DNA of 61,885 bases, counting the filler, from Choristocarpus tenellus KU-1152 (Eukaryota; Protista; Phaeophyceae), in NCBI GenBank assembly GCA_964200185.2. It is 11 parts of 11 records of this genome, joined end to end, with 100 filler letters (N's around TTAATTAATTAA, not from the genome) between each part and the next. Parts side by side here need not be neighbours in the genome. Positions count along the whole stretch, not along the records: positions 50,390 to 58,051 come from CAXNAD020005792.1; positions 58,152 to 61,885 come from CAXNAD020018240.1; 9 more parts are not named here. One strand, 5' to 3'. The notes beneath the pieces are model-generated. The model did not search any database and was not told the DNA's origin. It was given only the letters and a program-made list of their open reading frames with translations. Of this stretch, positions 51,038-61,885 are shown piece by piece. Position numbers and translations under genes: made by a program. The first letter of the stretch is position 1. The number at the start of each line of letters is the position of its first letter.

Positions 51038-51805
51038 ACACGTGGGAATGGAATATCAGTTAAGTGCTCAAAAAGGTCAAAATAGATCCCCCTCTAAGAT
51101 AGGATGGCTCACCCTTGATCAGTGAGCGCTCAAGAAGGTTATTCCCACCTTGGCTGCTGGTACCAGCACATAATGCCCAGGATGATCAGACACACACCGC
51201 GTCTTATATCATACTCGTCTTAGTTATTCATAAATTTTGTGTGTTTGGTGCTATGTTCTTCATTTGTTACTCTGAAACAAGAAGCAAAACAGATTCCCAT
51301 GACACCAGCAAAAATCTCTCTCCACAGGATTTCCCTTCATTTCCACGAATGGCAGAAAAACCAACCTGTGCACTGCAAGAACTTACATGTAAGGACCTAT
51401 ATGTACTAGACGTCAGCAGAAGATTTTTTTTCCAGATCTTCAGCAATAGCAAAGTCCACACTGACAACGATTCTTCGTTGCCAATCTCCTAGTGTAGCAC
51501 AAAAGCACACTAGTATCAACTACACCCATCCCATGTAGTGTGGGGGTCACACACACTACACCCACAACCATATACATTGTCTTCTCACACCTCTCCACCC
51601 AGATACAGCACAGCAGCCTTCCTGATATCCTCCAACCCCCCCCAGCAATACAGACTGACAACCCTCTCTGAAAATTTGCTAGTGAAGCATCCACTCTATG
51701 CACAGGTAGGTGTCTGGTTGCACCACCAAAACATCCGGTCCAATTGCCTTGGCAATAACAACTTCTGATCTACTCAGCCCTGGACCATAATCAAGTCAAG
51801 GCATG

Positions 51806-54800
51806 TTACAGGTGGTGATCTTTGTATGCCTTCAGCATGGTCGATCGCACTCCTTCTGCAAATTCCATCACCACCTCCCCAGGTGGGTTGGAGGTGAAAG
51901 GCACACGAACAGGTTTGCAACAGATAATCACTGTAGACACTCCACCCTTGATTTTACGTCCTACAGCATGCCCTGCCACAAGCGATGTTAACTTGCTCAA
52001 TCCCTCTTTTGCTGGTTCTTCCTTTGCCAGGATTGTCACACAGGGTGTCACATCAGCTCCATGTTGCATGGCCAACACAACACTGTTAGCCAAGGAGGCA
52101 GCAGAAGGCACCTTACACAGATAGTCCATTGCATCTACTGCAGGAAGGGTGGACGCTGGTGTCAACAATTTCTCCTTCCCCACCTCAGGCAATTTCACCT
52201 CCAAGCTGGCACTGTCACCCCGCTCAAGTGCAGCCGCTGCCCCCATCTTCTGGGAGGGCACACCCAGTAGGGAGAGGAAGCCTCTCAGCATGGGGGAGAA
52301 TATCGGCAGTGGAAAGGGCTTCAAGAAGGTTGGGCGAACAGGGTGACCAAAGGTAGCAGGTGCTGCCTGTAGTGGTGTGTACATGGCAAGAGGGAATTGT
52401 TAAATGGGAATGTGATGGAAGGAAAACATATTATATTGGGGATAGTTTGGGCGTAGCGGTCACCATCAAGGTCAAATTTTGGTGGGTGAAGCCATTTGTG
52501 TGAACAGGAATCAACATTATTACTAGGATTGCAACACCCTGCCAATAGTAGCACCACAAATGTAGGGAGTGTCTGGAAACCAGTGAATTTCTTGTCGCTT
52601 CCAGCAAATTGAGTATCTCCCACTTTAGTGCCAACAACAAAATTCAACATTTAATGCCAAAAACTCACCGAAGCCAGCAGGAGCTGTGATATCGGTCCAT
52701 GATCAACCCCTAGGAACAGATGAGGCTTTGTAGGGTCAGGTTTTCCCTCTACGACAATGTGAAGGCCAAACTCCTTGAGAAGGGCTGAGCGAAGAAGAGA
52801 GTACCTTCCAGCAGGGGGGAAACGCACAAGGGCTACCAAGCACAATAGTATTGGGTAAAGCCAGAACAAAAAAAAGGAATGAGTAAAAGGGCATGGGAGA
52901 GCACAGAGTATGGACAGAAAGAGTGAGAAAGAAACCATGGTAGAACTCTTCAAGGTATACCAGGGTTGTGCATTGCGTAAGGAACAAATTTGAAGAACAG
53001 AAGAAAATGTTCAGTATGGAGGACAATCCAACAAGCTCCCCTCTCAGAAATGAATAGGTTTATAAGGTCTACATGATGCATTTTGGTAGAGGTCCTTTAT
53101 GGACACAGGGCAGAGACCACACACACCATTGTCAGTCAGATGTGTAATGACACCAACGAGCCCAATAATGATGACTGACAGCACAACTGGGAGCTTCCAG
53201 AGGCAGATAAAGACTGTGACAGGAATAAGGACCTCAGTAAGAAGTGCTGCCGTGACAAACACCTTGACCTGACGTGTCTCAGCAGGAGTCTTGGGCACCT
53301 TTAGAAGCAGTGGGGAAGACAGAGGAGTGGTCAGTTTAGGGGTAAAGTATTTTCGATTTTCTAGCTGGGAGTAGAAAGCTTTCAGAATCCAAGGTTTCAA
53401 GGTGTTTGAGGTATTTTCACATGGTGCAGAGATCCCTTACGGATTGGCAATGCAGTTTTATTTCTTCAAACCATGCTTATGTCCCTTAGCTGAACAGTAA
53501 CAGAACACGCAAGAGAAGACTCCCAACTGCAAATCAAATTCAAGAAAAAGCCACAAACAGCCACAGACTTTGTGGTTTGAAAGATTAAAAATTTGTTGCA
53601 TGAAAGATTATGGCGCCAATTTCAAACCTACTGCGCATCACATATCCATGTGTAGGCAAGATGGCAAGGTGATGGTATACAAAAGTGCTATCCAAGGTTT
53701 ATACATAGCCATCAGCTCATGTAGGCATGAGATGGGAAGATGCCTTATTCCAAAATGACTCAAGTCGACTTTAATGCAGCAGAGCATAGGCAGCTGGCAT
53801 CAAATTCAAATTAGATCCTTATCTGGCACTTTGTACCGTGTTTGTTTGTCATCCACTTATAGACATGTATGAATGTATGGATATGAGTTTCTTTTACACT
53901 GGAGGATCTACTCCTGAACCTCATTAAGCTTTGCGTCCATTATTCAAACATGTGTACACCCCAATTCAGAACAAGAGCCCCAGGAAAAGACATGATCTGT
54001 ACCATCTATAATTGCAGGAGCACAAGAGTGCATTTTAACAGCAGAGCAACGTTTGAAGCGTACCGTGCTGGTGAATAGGTCTGGATTGAATTTCCCAGTG
54101 CTCAGGGATGTCTTAACAGAACATTGAGTAACCAGTTTGGTGCGCACAGTCTCCACTGCCTCCATGGTCAGGTGAGCTTTTGGAGGTCCTGTCGCCTCCT
54201 CAAGAGCGGCTAGTTCCCCACAGTTGATGGCCATGGCCCTAGAGGCACACAAAGAAGGGTAGTAAGAAATAAAATAGAACAATCGCATTGGTAATGAAAT
54301 TTATAACATAAACGAATAGCACCTAGTAACCCAAAAATTAGCATTCCCCACAGTTAATGGTAAGGCCCTAACAAGCACACAAAAGGAGGGTGAAAAAAAA
54401 ACAGTTAAGCATTTTCAGAAATAGAAGAAGGGAACAGCTAATAACATGCATGTACAGCATATAGGGATCTGAACAGAGCATGAGCAAAACCAAAACATTG
54501 TATTTGAGAGCATACTATACAAATGTCCTCACAAATTCTGGTACTATGACGATGCGCCTGAAGGTTGTCATAGCCCCATGCTTACACTGTATCTATGAGC
54601 ACTCACTGGAGACCAAACGACCTGTTGCAGTCTCCACCCCCTTCTGCCATCTCACCTATCAGGTACATGCCCCCCTGACTTGATAACGGGTGCCAGGTCC
54701 CTGATACAGATACCGTCTTCAGCCAGCAGTTCTTCCGGTATCTTTCCCTTGAGCTGCATGGAACAGCACATTTTGAAATAGAAGAAAAGGAAACATTTTC

Positions 54801-57800
54801 TGTAATGGTGTGGACAGGTACACTAGGAAGCAGTAACCAAGACTGAATGGACAATGCATAGCTGGAAGCTACTGCATATCGCTTCATTTTGTATATAGCA
54901 GTGGACAAAGGAAGTGGAGTGGAACAGATAGTTCAACCACCTGAAATATAGTATAGACCCTTGCCTGAATGCATTCCAGGCTCTGGTTCAATTTGCCCAA
55001 TAATGCAAAGGACTTGATGACGAGTAAGAGGGTCTCCTTTGCATAACTGGCGTCCACAGATCATACTAGGGTTGCAGCTTTGCCTTCATTTGGTCTATGT
55101 CCAATGGTTACACTCAATGCACACTGCATGCATGGTACAGATGATTATATCTCAGCTCTTTGTGCTATATTTTCATCTGTCATGCACAGTGATCAATATT
55201 AAATGCATTTCATCCTCACCCCAAACCTCTCCTCCAACAAGGATACAAGCTGAATCCCCTCCATGCTGTCCAGGCCAAGATCCACAAGAGCTACATCCTG
55301 ATGAAGGCATAATAATGGGAACACAGGATTTGGTTGGTGGGAGGAGTGGAATCAAACAAAGAGTGTGGTTTGTCGAGACAGAAAAAAAAAAATATTGTTG
55401 AGCAGCAAAAGCCAGCCAGAAAGAACAATGTTCCGCAAGGCAATTAAGGGTACACCAGTAAAAAATTATAACATTGACAATAGTTTCTACCCCACTCGCT
55501 GCTGCCATTACACACCTCAACAAGACACAAGACACAAGACACAAGACACAAGACACAAGACACAAGACACATGCCCACCCACCCCTTGCTGCTCATATCA
55601 AAATATGAACAGACACCTGAACTAAGGTGTGCTAAATGCTCTTTTCCAAAGTGGCGAAATTGGAAAGTAATCAAAGTAATGTTCAATTTGAGAACAATAT
55701 CCACGGCGAGAACAAATCATTCAGAAAAATCTTACAAGATTTCTACGCCAGAGGCAGAAGAAGGAGAGTGCACACTATTCTCCTCTATTTGTCATAACAT
55801 CAGAATAATTTGACCAGAATATGAGTGAGCACTGGCACAATTCAAAAGTATCATTCCAATATAAAACGGTGAAGTCATTGTACAACCTGCCGGGGTTTTT
55901 TAATGGACCTGTCATGTTCGGTGGCATAATCTTCATCCCCCATCGTCCACAAAAAAAAACAAGTTTTCTGGTTTGACTGTCGTAAGTATTTATTTGTGTG
56001 CTAAGGAATGGAACACGATGTGTACCCCCCACCTTGCCTGAAACCATAGGGGGTGTACCACGCATGAATGTTTCGAAATGGTGGAACATTATAAGAAGAT
56101 CAAAGACATTGAAAAAAGGAGACCATCCATCCAACCAAGACTTGTCTCTTGTCTGCACAAAAAGCATGGTGGACTCATTTTCAAAAAAAAAAAAATCAAC
56201 TCAATAAACACCAGGAGAACCACCCAATACCACAATGCTTGGAATATAAAACCCTTGAAACTACTTTTAATGAATAAATGTGAACTAGGAGTCATGGAAG
56301 GAGAAGAAGGGGTTCTACAGTACCAAGCAGTGAGAGACAGACACCCACCGAAGGAATGTTCGATGGGTTGACCTTGGTAATCTTGGATACCTCCTCTTGC
56401 ATACCCAACACAACCTCCTCGATGGTCATGGTGGTGGCATCATCTGGACTATCCCTCACCACAGCATTCCCCTCTGGTCGTTGCCCCTCACCATTGACAT
56501 CGTTTTGTCCAGCCGACCAGCACTGGAAAACAGTTGGAACCATTTTAGGGGGGAAAGCCAAGCTGAGTTGGATTACACTCCATATATAGTTAGGAGTGGA
56601 AGGATATATGGAGGAAGAGGAAGCCCACACCAACAATATATATATATACATACATGTTATTGTGTTTAACTTGGAGTACAATGGTGGGACTTTCCATGTG
56701 AGCCACTGCGTTCTAAAGAGCCTGCCATATGTGCGTGGAAGTGCCGATGTTGTCAGCACCAAGATGATGGTCTCTATATACACAGACAAGCAGCATATCA
56801 ACCTGTCCCACCCCTGTCAGACTCCATTCATTCACAATAGAAAAAAGGTTGCACAAAAATGCTCATTTCTATTTTCCAGCACGAAGGAGAGCACTTGGTA
56901 CTTTATATTCAATATTTATATTCAATCTTTACATTCAATCTTCTCCTCCTCCTACACATGCACCTACTGCTTGAGAAAAAGCACCCTTAATTTGTGACAA
57001 ACTAACAAGGACAGCACAAAAACGACATTACACAGAGTTTGGGAATCCAATTGCCCGAACCTCGACAAAAGCAACTCTCCTTGCCCCCCCTAGGACGACA
57101 GCAGGATAGCGCACTTGGCTACAACAGACCAAGACATTGATTGGGGATGGGAAGTCTCACCCTCTCGTAATCAGCAGTGGCAAGTGAGGCAGCAGCCGAC
57201 CTATCCTCGCGCCATAGATACAAGGTATCTGAGAGAGTGTCTTCCAGGTGACCACGCTTGCACCACGCCCTGGCTATCTTCCCCGATGTGGTCTTGGGCA
57301 CAGTCCTTGCATTCAACATCAAACGATCAAGGATTGACTAGATATGAGTGAGGAAATAAGGGCCTGGGACACCGGACTTCACGAACTCTTCATTGGATTG
57401 AACTATCATGTCAGAAGTCTTAGGGTCAACACGATGAAGTGATTCACATCTCAATAATAGCACTCCTAACAAAGGAAAAACCTCTCTTGAGGAGTGTTGC
57501 ATATTCAACTGCGTCCAAGGACACTTGTCTTTGACTATACTTTGGCCTTTTGCTACATTCAAGATCTTGGATTGTTGGGAAAACATGAAGCTGACTGTTG
57601 GGGTACACAAGGCATACTACTGCAGCAGTAAGTCAGGACTCCATGTGCAGGGCATGGACAAAGGGATCAGAAGAGCGGAATTGCAGCGAATTGGACAATA
57701 GAGACCAATCAGAAAGGGACAACCAAGGACTGCATAAGCACAGGAACAGCTCAACACCTACTCTGAACCAATCTATGTATTTTTCCTTGGGACCAAACCG

Positions 57801-58034
57801 TCACCAACAGAACCGCATTCGCTACTATCCTAACTCACAGATTCCTCACCTCGGCTTGAGCAGTCTGACAGCAGAAAGGGACACACCATGTGCCCCCGTC
57901 ACAGCCTTCCTGATCTCTGTGACTAGAGCTTCCCAATCGCCGAAAGCAGGGTCAACGACCTCCGCCACTAGGGCCAGACCTTCCCCCCCTCCTAAACTAG
58001 GGACCGAAAATGCGGCGCTGCAACCCCCACGAAG
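51806..58034 (-). CDS. Fatty acyl-AMP ligase-like / acyl carrier protein / DGAT2-like acyltransferase fusion protein (5' part lost in gap)
   Basis: Exons 58034-57850, 57305-57161, 56522-56349, 55297-55220, 54753-54656, 54238-54064, 53298-53127, 52832-52669 and 52366-51806. All introns GT-AG with matching phases (2,0,0,0,2,0,1,0). Motifs: LRGGCSAAFSV, PKTTSGKIAR, LVDLGLDSMEG, a hydrophobic hairpin, DPTKPHLFLGVDHG, LAMQHGADVTP and KPVRVPFTSNP. Confidence 0.85.
55520..55570. repeat. (GACACAA)n heptamer microsatellite, intronic
   Basis: About 7 tandem copies. Confidence 0.9.
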
Positions 58035-61000
58035 CTGAATCGCAGGGAGGGNNNNNNNNNNNNNNNNNNNNNNNNNNNNNNNNNNNNNNNNNNNNTTAAT
58101 TAATTAANNNNNNNNNNNNNNNNNNNNNNNNNNNNNNNNNNNNNNNNNNNNGCGGATACTTTTGAATATGTCCTTTCTACTATATCTGAGCCAAGGTAAA
58201 CGAGGGTGGGGGTTGGGGGGGGAGGGTGCTGCGGATTGTTCACGTCCCCTCTGACTTGCTGGTCATAAGTGGTTTTGGACTGCTCTGTGGTGGACAGGTG
58301 TGGAATGTACTTTGGCTGATTTTTCTTTTTAGTACATTGAATTTGCACTTGGTTTGCAGAAGCCAGTCATCATTAATTATCCTTTATCAACGACCTTTTT
58401 TTCGAAACGCCTTCCCTATCTTTTTTTATATAATCAGGATTCGTAGCCCCTTCAAAATCTCGGAGCAGCCAACAGACCTACCTCTCTCTTTGTGTACTTT
58501 GACTCTCTACTTGTGCTGTTTACAGACAATCTGCATCAAGTGGCATTGTGTTGGTGATATAATTTGAAAGGGTTGGTTTGTACGAATGAAATCAGCTGTA
58601 AGACTCTGTATACTGGACTATTCATAGGATTGAACTGTGTCCAATGTTTGCCCATAGCGAGGGGTGCAAGGCCCTGAGAGGCTTGGGGGCACATGGAGGA
58701 AATTCCAGCAAAGCGTGCCCCTAAGGTTTCCAAGATGGTGCCAAGATTGAGGACAGGAGGCAGGGGAGATTTCTGAGGTTTTAGTGGAGTGTTGTTTGTG
58801 TTGACTTTGTGTGGTACTGTTTTGAAAGTAGTAGTAAAATAGCAGCTCTTGATATGTAATTTAGTTTGGAGTTGATAGAAATTGATAGAAACAGCACGGA
58901 AAGTGCAAGAAAAACCATACTGTGCTGTCCTAGCCTGTCACCGTACCTAGTCATATATGGATATATTCTATATTGTATGTTGTGTGTTTTACTTTGATTG
59001 TGTAAGTAATGGGAATACCATAGCTTACCTGGTGGGAAGTAGATCCGTTCCTCCACGAACATTGTGGGATCGAATCCCCCTGATGTCCGTTTTTTTTTCA
59101 TGGAAATCTGGTTTCAATTTTTTGAAGTCCACTTGACAAGCAATACGGATCGTACATCTAAGGCATCCTATCTGTCACATACCACGAAGAATGCCGGACC
59201 AAGTAGGAAATGGCAAGGCTTCATTGAAGCAGGTCCAGTACAAGATTCGAGGACACTCTTTGTTGAAACTATGGAACCACTCCAGCTCTCAAAATGTTTG
59301 CATACCTTCTTACTGTGTTTTTTTATGAGAGTTTACTATCGCTATATTGTACAATTTATGTAGTGGTAGATTGCACTGTAGTTGAATATATATATATATA
59401 CTGTACTGTACTTTATTGTCCTTTTTTTTTGGCAGTAGTCCGTAACGTACAGTGTTTTTTTTTTTAAGACCGCTACAGCACTGTATTTTTATAAAATGGT
59501 ATACTGTACCACATTGTACTTGTACTGTGGTTTGTATTCGAAATTTTCTCTTCTTGAACCGAGGTGTGAAATCACTGCTGTGATGCACGCCTTACTTCTT
59601 TTTAACTCCCCTGGTGTATTCCGTCAAGTGCAAAGTTTTTTTTGTTTTTTTTTCAGCCCACTAAGGAGTTGTCCCATGACAAGAGCGTTCGAGCCATGAT
59701 CATCCAGCAAGGCGGATTGATAAATCTAAGTGATGATCCCAATCCTGATTGAACCCACCGTGCAGTACCTCACCTGGTCAGGGCTCTCTATTTGTGGAAA
59801 TCCCGTTGATGTGCTTTTGAAACTATATGTACTCGTAGGCATGCCCACGCAGGTAGCATCGCCATGTATGGTGCTCTAATTTATTGGAAGGCGAAGCACA
59901 GCCCTCATCAAAAATGCCTGAGCAAAAGTGTGTTTTTTAGGGGCCAGGGAGGAGCAAAAAAAGCGAGACATTGTTTGGGTTTGATTGAACCTCTTGCTCA
60001 GTTATTTTTTTAAGTGCGCAATTCTAGTGTAACTTGGAAATGCCAATGTTTCTGGCTGACTGTATTGGTAGTGGTGATCATTTTCGTGCGTTCTATTTCT
60101 ATTGTGCGTTTGTGTGCAGCACTTAAAAAAAAAAAACTATTTGGTCGTAAGGACAAGAGAAAAAAAAATAGCACTTTTTTGTACTTTTAGTTAATAATAC
60201 AGAGTGAGCATCAGTCATCCAAGACTCGTGCATCCGTCCGAGGTAGTATTTTTTTTTTGCACATTTTTTTTTTTCTGATGCGGTTTTTAAACTGTGAAAC
60301 AAACGGCTTGGCTTTCAAGGGTTAGGGTTAGGACTGTTTCGACAATGGTTCACCTCGTGAGTGCTAAGACTTGTCTGTCAGTGTCCCTTGTTGCTGGTGT
60401 CTGCCGCATTAAGTCAACAACATCAACAAAAGGTATTCAACAGGGCTTTACACCAGACTGGCCATTCATCAGGCTGGCACAGGGGGTCTGGGCCACAGAC
60501 TGGCCCATGGACTGGTCCCTGAACTTTTTTAAAGGCCCTGGCCAGGACCTGTGAAAGGATATCTTACCCGGACTGGTAGAAAGCCTGTTTATTTATGTTT
60601 GTTTGGTAACCCTAACCCTAACCCTAACTTCTTCTGTCGCACCCCCTGGCCCCTGCTGGGCTTCCCTCCCCCCCGTGCCATACCCTGAGGTATTTCTAAT
60701 CAGATGGTGAATTTTACTCAAACCCCAAGAAGGGCAACGGCTTTCTAAAACTTGCAGGTTGAGCTAACACAATTGTTTTTGTCCTGAGAGTGAATCTGAC
60801 TTTCTTTTTTTTTTCTTTTTTCTTTTTTAATTCCATGTTCTGGCTGTGCCAGGAGGTACACTGCAGATGTCCTTGTAGTGGGGGCCGGAGATGAAGGTAG
60901 TGGGGGAGAGGTGACCCTGTGGTTGCAGCATGGCCCGGTGGAGGGAGATCCTCTAGAAAGATCAAGGTATTGATAAATGATGGCAACAGAGCTGAACATA

Positions 61001-61668
61001 CTTGCTCGATTGTTTGTATGCCTTGGTAAGGTCAGGTCATCTGGGAGTGATAGAGGTGTTGATGGGGTTGTGACATGGGATTGATTGGATTTGGGATGGC
61101 GATTGGCTTGTGGGTGGGTGGGTCAAGTGCACACACAAAGGTGTGATTATGAGTTTGTGTTGATGTTTTGGTGTGTGGATTTGTTGCAGTCCTAGTAATT
61201 TGTTGTTGATTGGGTTGAAACATGCCTAATGTAGAAGCAGGTTGGTTTGACTACGTTTGAATATTGATTTTCTTGTTGATATGCGAATCTCCTCCTGCTG
61301 TTGCAACTGACGTACTTTTTTTCTTTCTGATGTACACATTTGTAATAACTCCAACACCTACTCTCTTTAGTGCATTTATCATGAAATGTCTGCATTATCT
61401 ACCTGTATTTTATAAGTCTAGTGAATATTTTTATACAACATAGGAATGAAATGCATTACTCACTCACATTATTTCCATGCTAATCTAAACGTAACTCCAC
61501 CTCATTCCAAATTTCCATTTTACCCCATAGCTCCACTGAGCCTTGCTCAGGTTGCCCTTATTAAGCTATATGTGCCATCAGAAATCATGATGTTCTAAGA
61601 ATGGTCACAATATTCCCCTCTTCCCATTATGATATTTTTTCTATTTAATTTGAATATATATATATATA

Positions 61669-61708
61669 TGGAATGTGCTACATGTGGAATGTGCTACATG
61701 TGGAATGT
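61669..61708. repeat. 16-bp tandem repeat
   Basis: TGGAATGTGCTACATG, about 2.5 copies. Confidence 0.75.
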
Positions 61709-61885
61709 TCTCAGTGTATTATTTGAACGTACTTTTATCTAAGGCTATGTTCTTGCTTGTTGGGGAAGTCACAGTTACCGTGTCGATGTTTTCATTAATG
61801 GACTCTCCATAAGGTGAGGGCCAGGGCTGGGGCCAGGGCTTGGGTTGGTGATGCTCACCAAGGTCTTTCCTCTTGTGATAGCCAT

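Noticed and set aside
28192-58034. Biosynthetic gene cluster linking the shikimate gene and the FAAL-ACP fusion
   Set aside because: Different contigs separated by two linkers and unrelated genes.

Overview
Eukaryotic, intron-rich genomic DNA, most likely from a brown alga or close photosynthetic stramenopile (EsV-1-7 repeats, a bipartite plastid-targeting presequence, long introns). The window is a string of contigs joined by N-run/TTAATTAATTAA/N-run linkers, so adjacency across linkers is not guaranteed. It contains tRNA-Glu(CTC), a SHAQKYF-class MYB gene, a tyrosinase-like gene with a probable GC-AG intron and a decayed EsV-1-7 repeat array. A plastid-targeted dehydroquinate dehydratase/shikimate dehydrogenase gene lies head-to-head with eIF2-alpha. 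Further on are a BLOC1S4-like gene and a very large Gly-rich PAN/Apple surface protein gene. Mobile DNA includes a dead pogo/Tigger transposase, a head-to-tail dimer of a ~2 kb TIR element and several MITE families. The most interesting item is hidden from the ORF track: nine phase-consistent exons (51806-58034, minus strand) join a fatty acyl-AMP ligase-like C-terminus, an acyl carrier domain with an intact LGLDS motif, a membrane anchor and a divergent DGAT2/MOGAT-like acyltransferase domain into one polypeptide. All family assignments come from motif recognition by eye; no searches were run.
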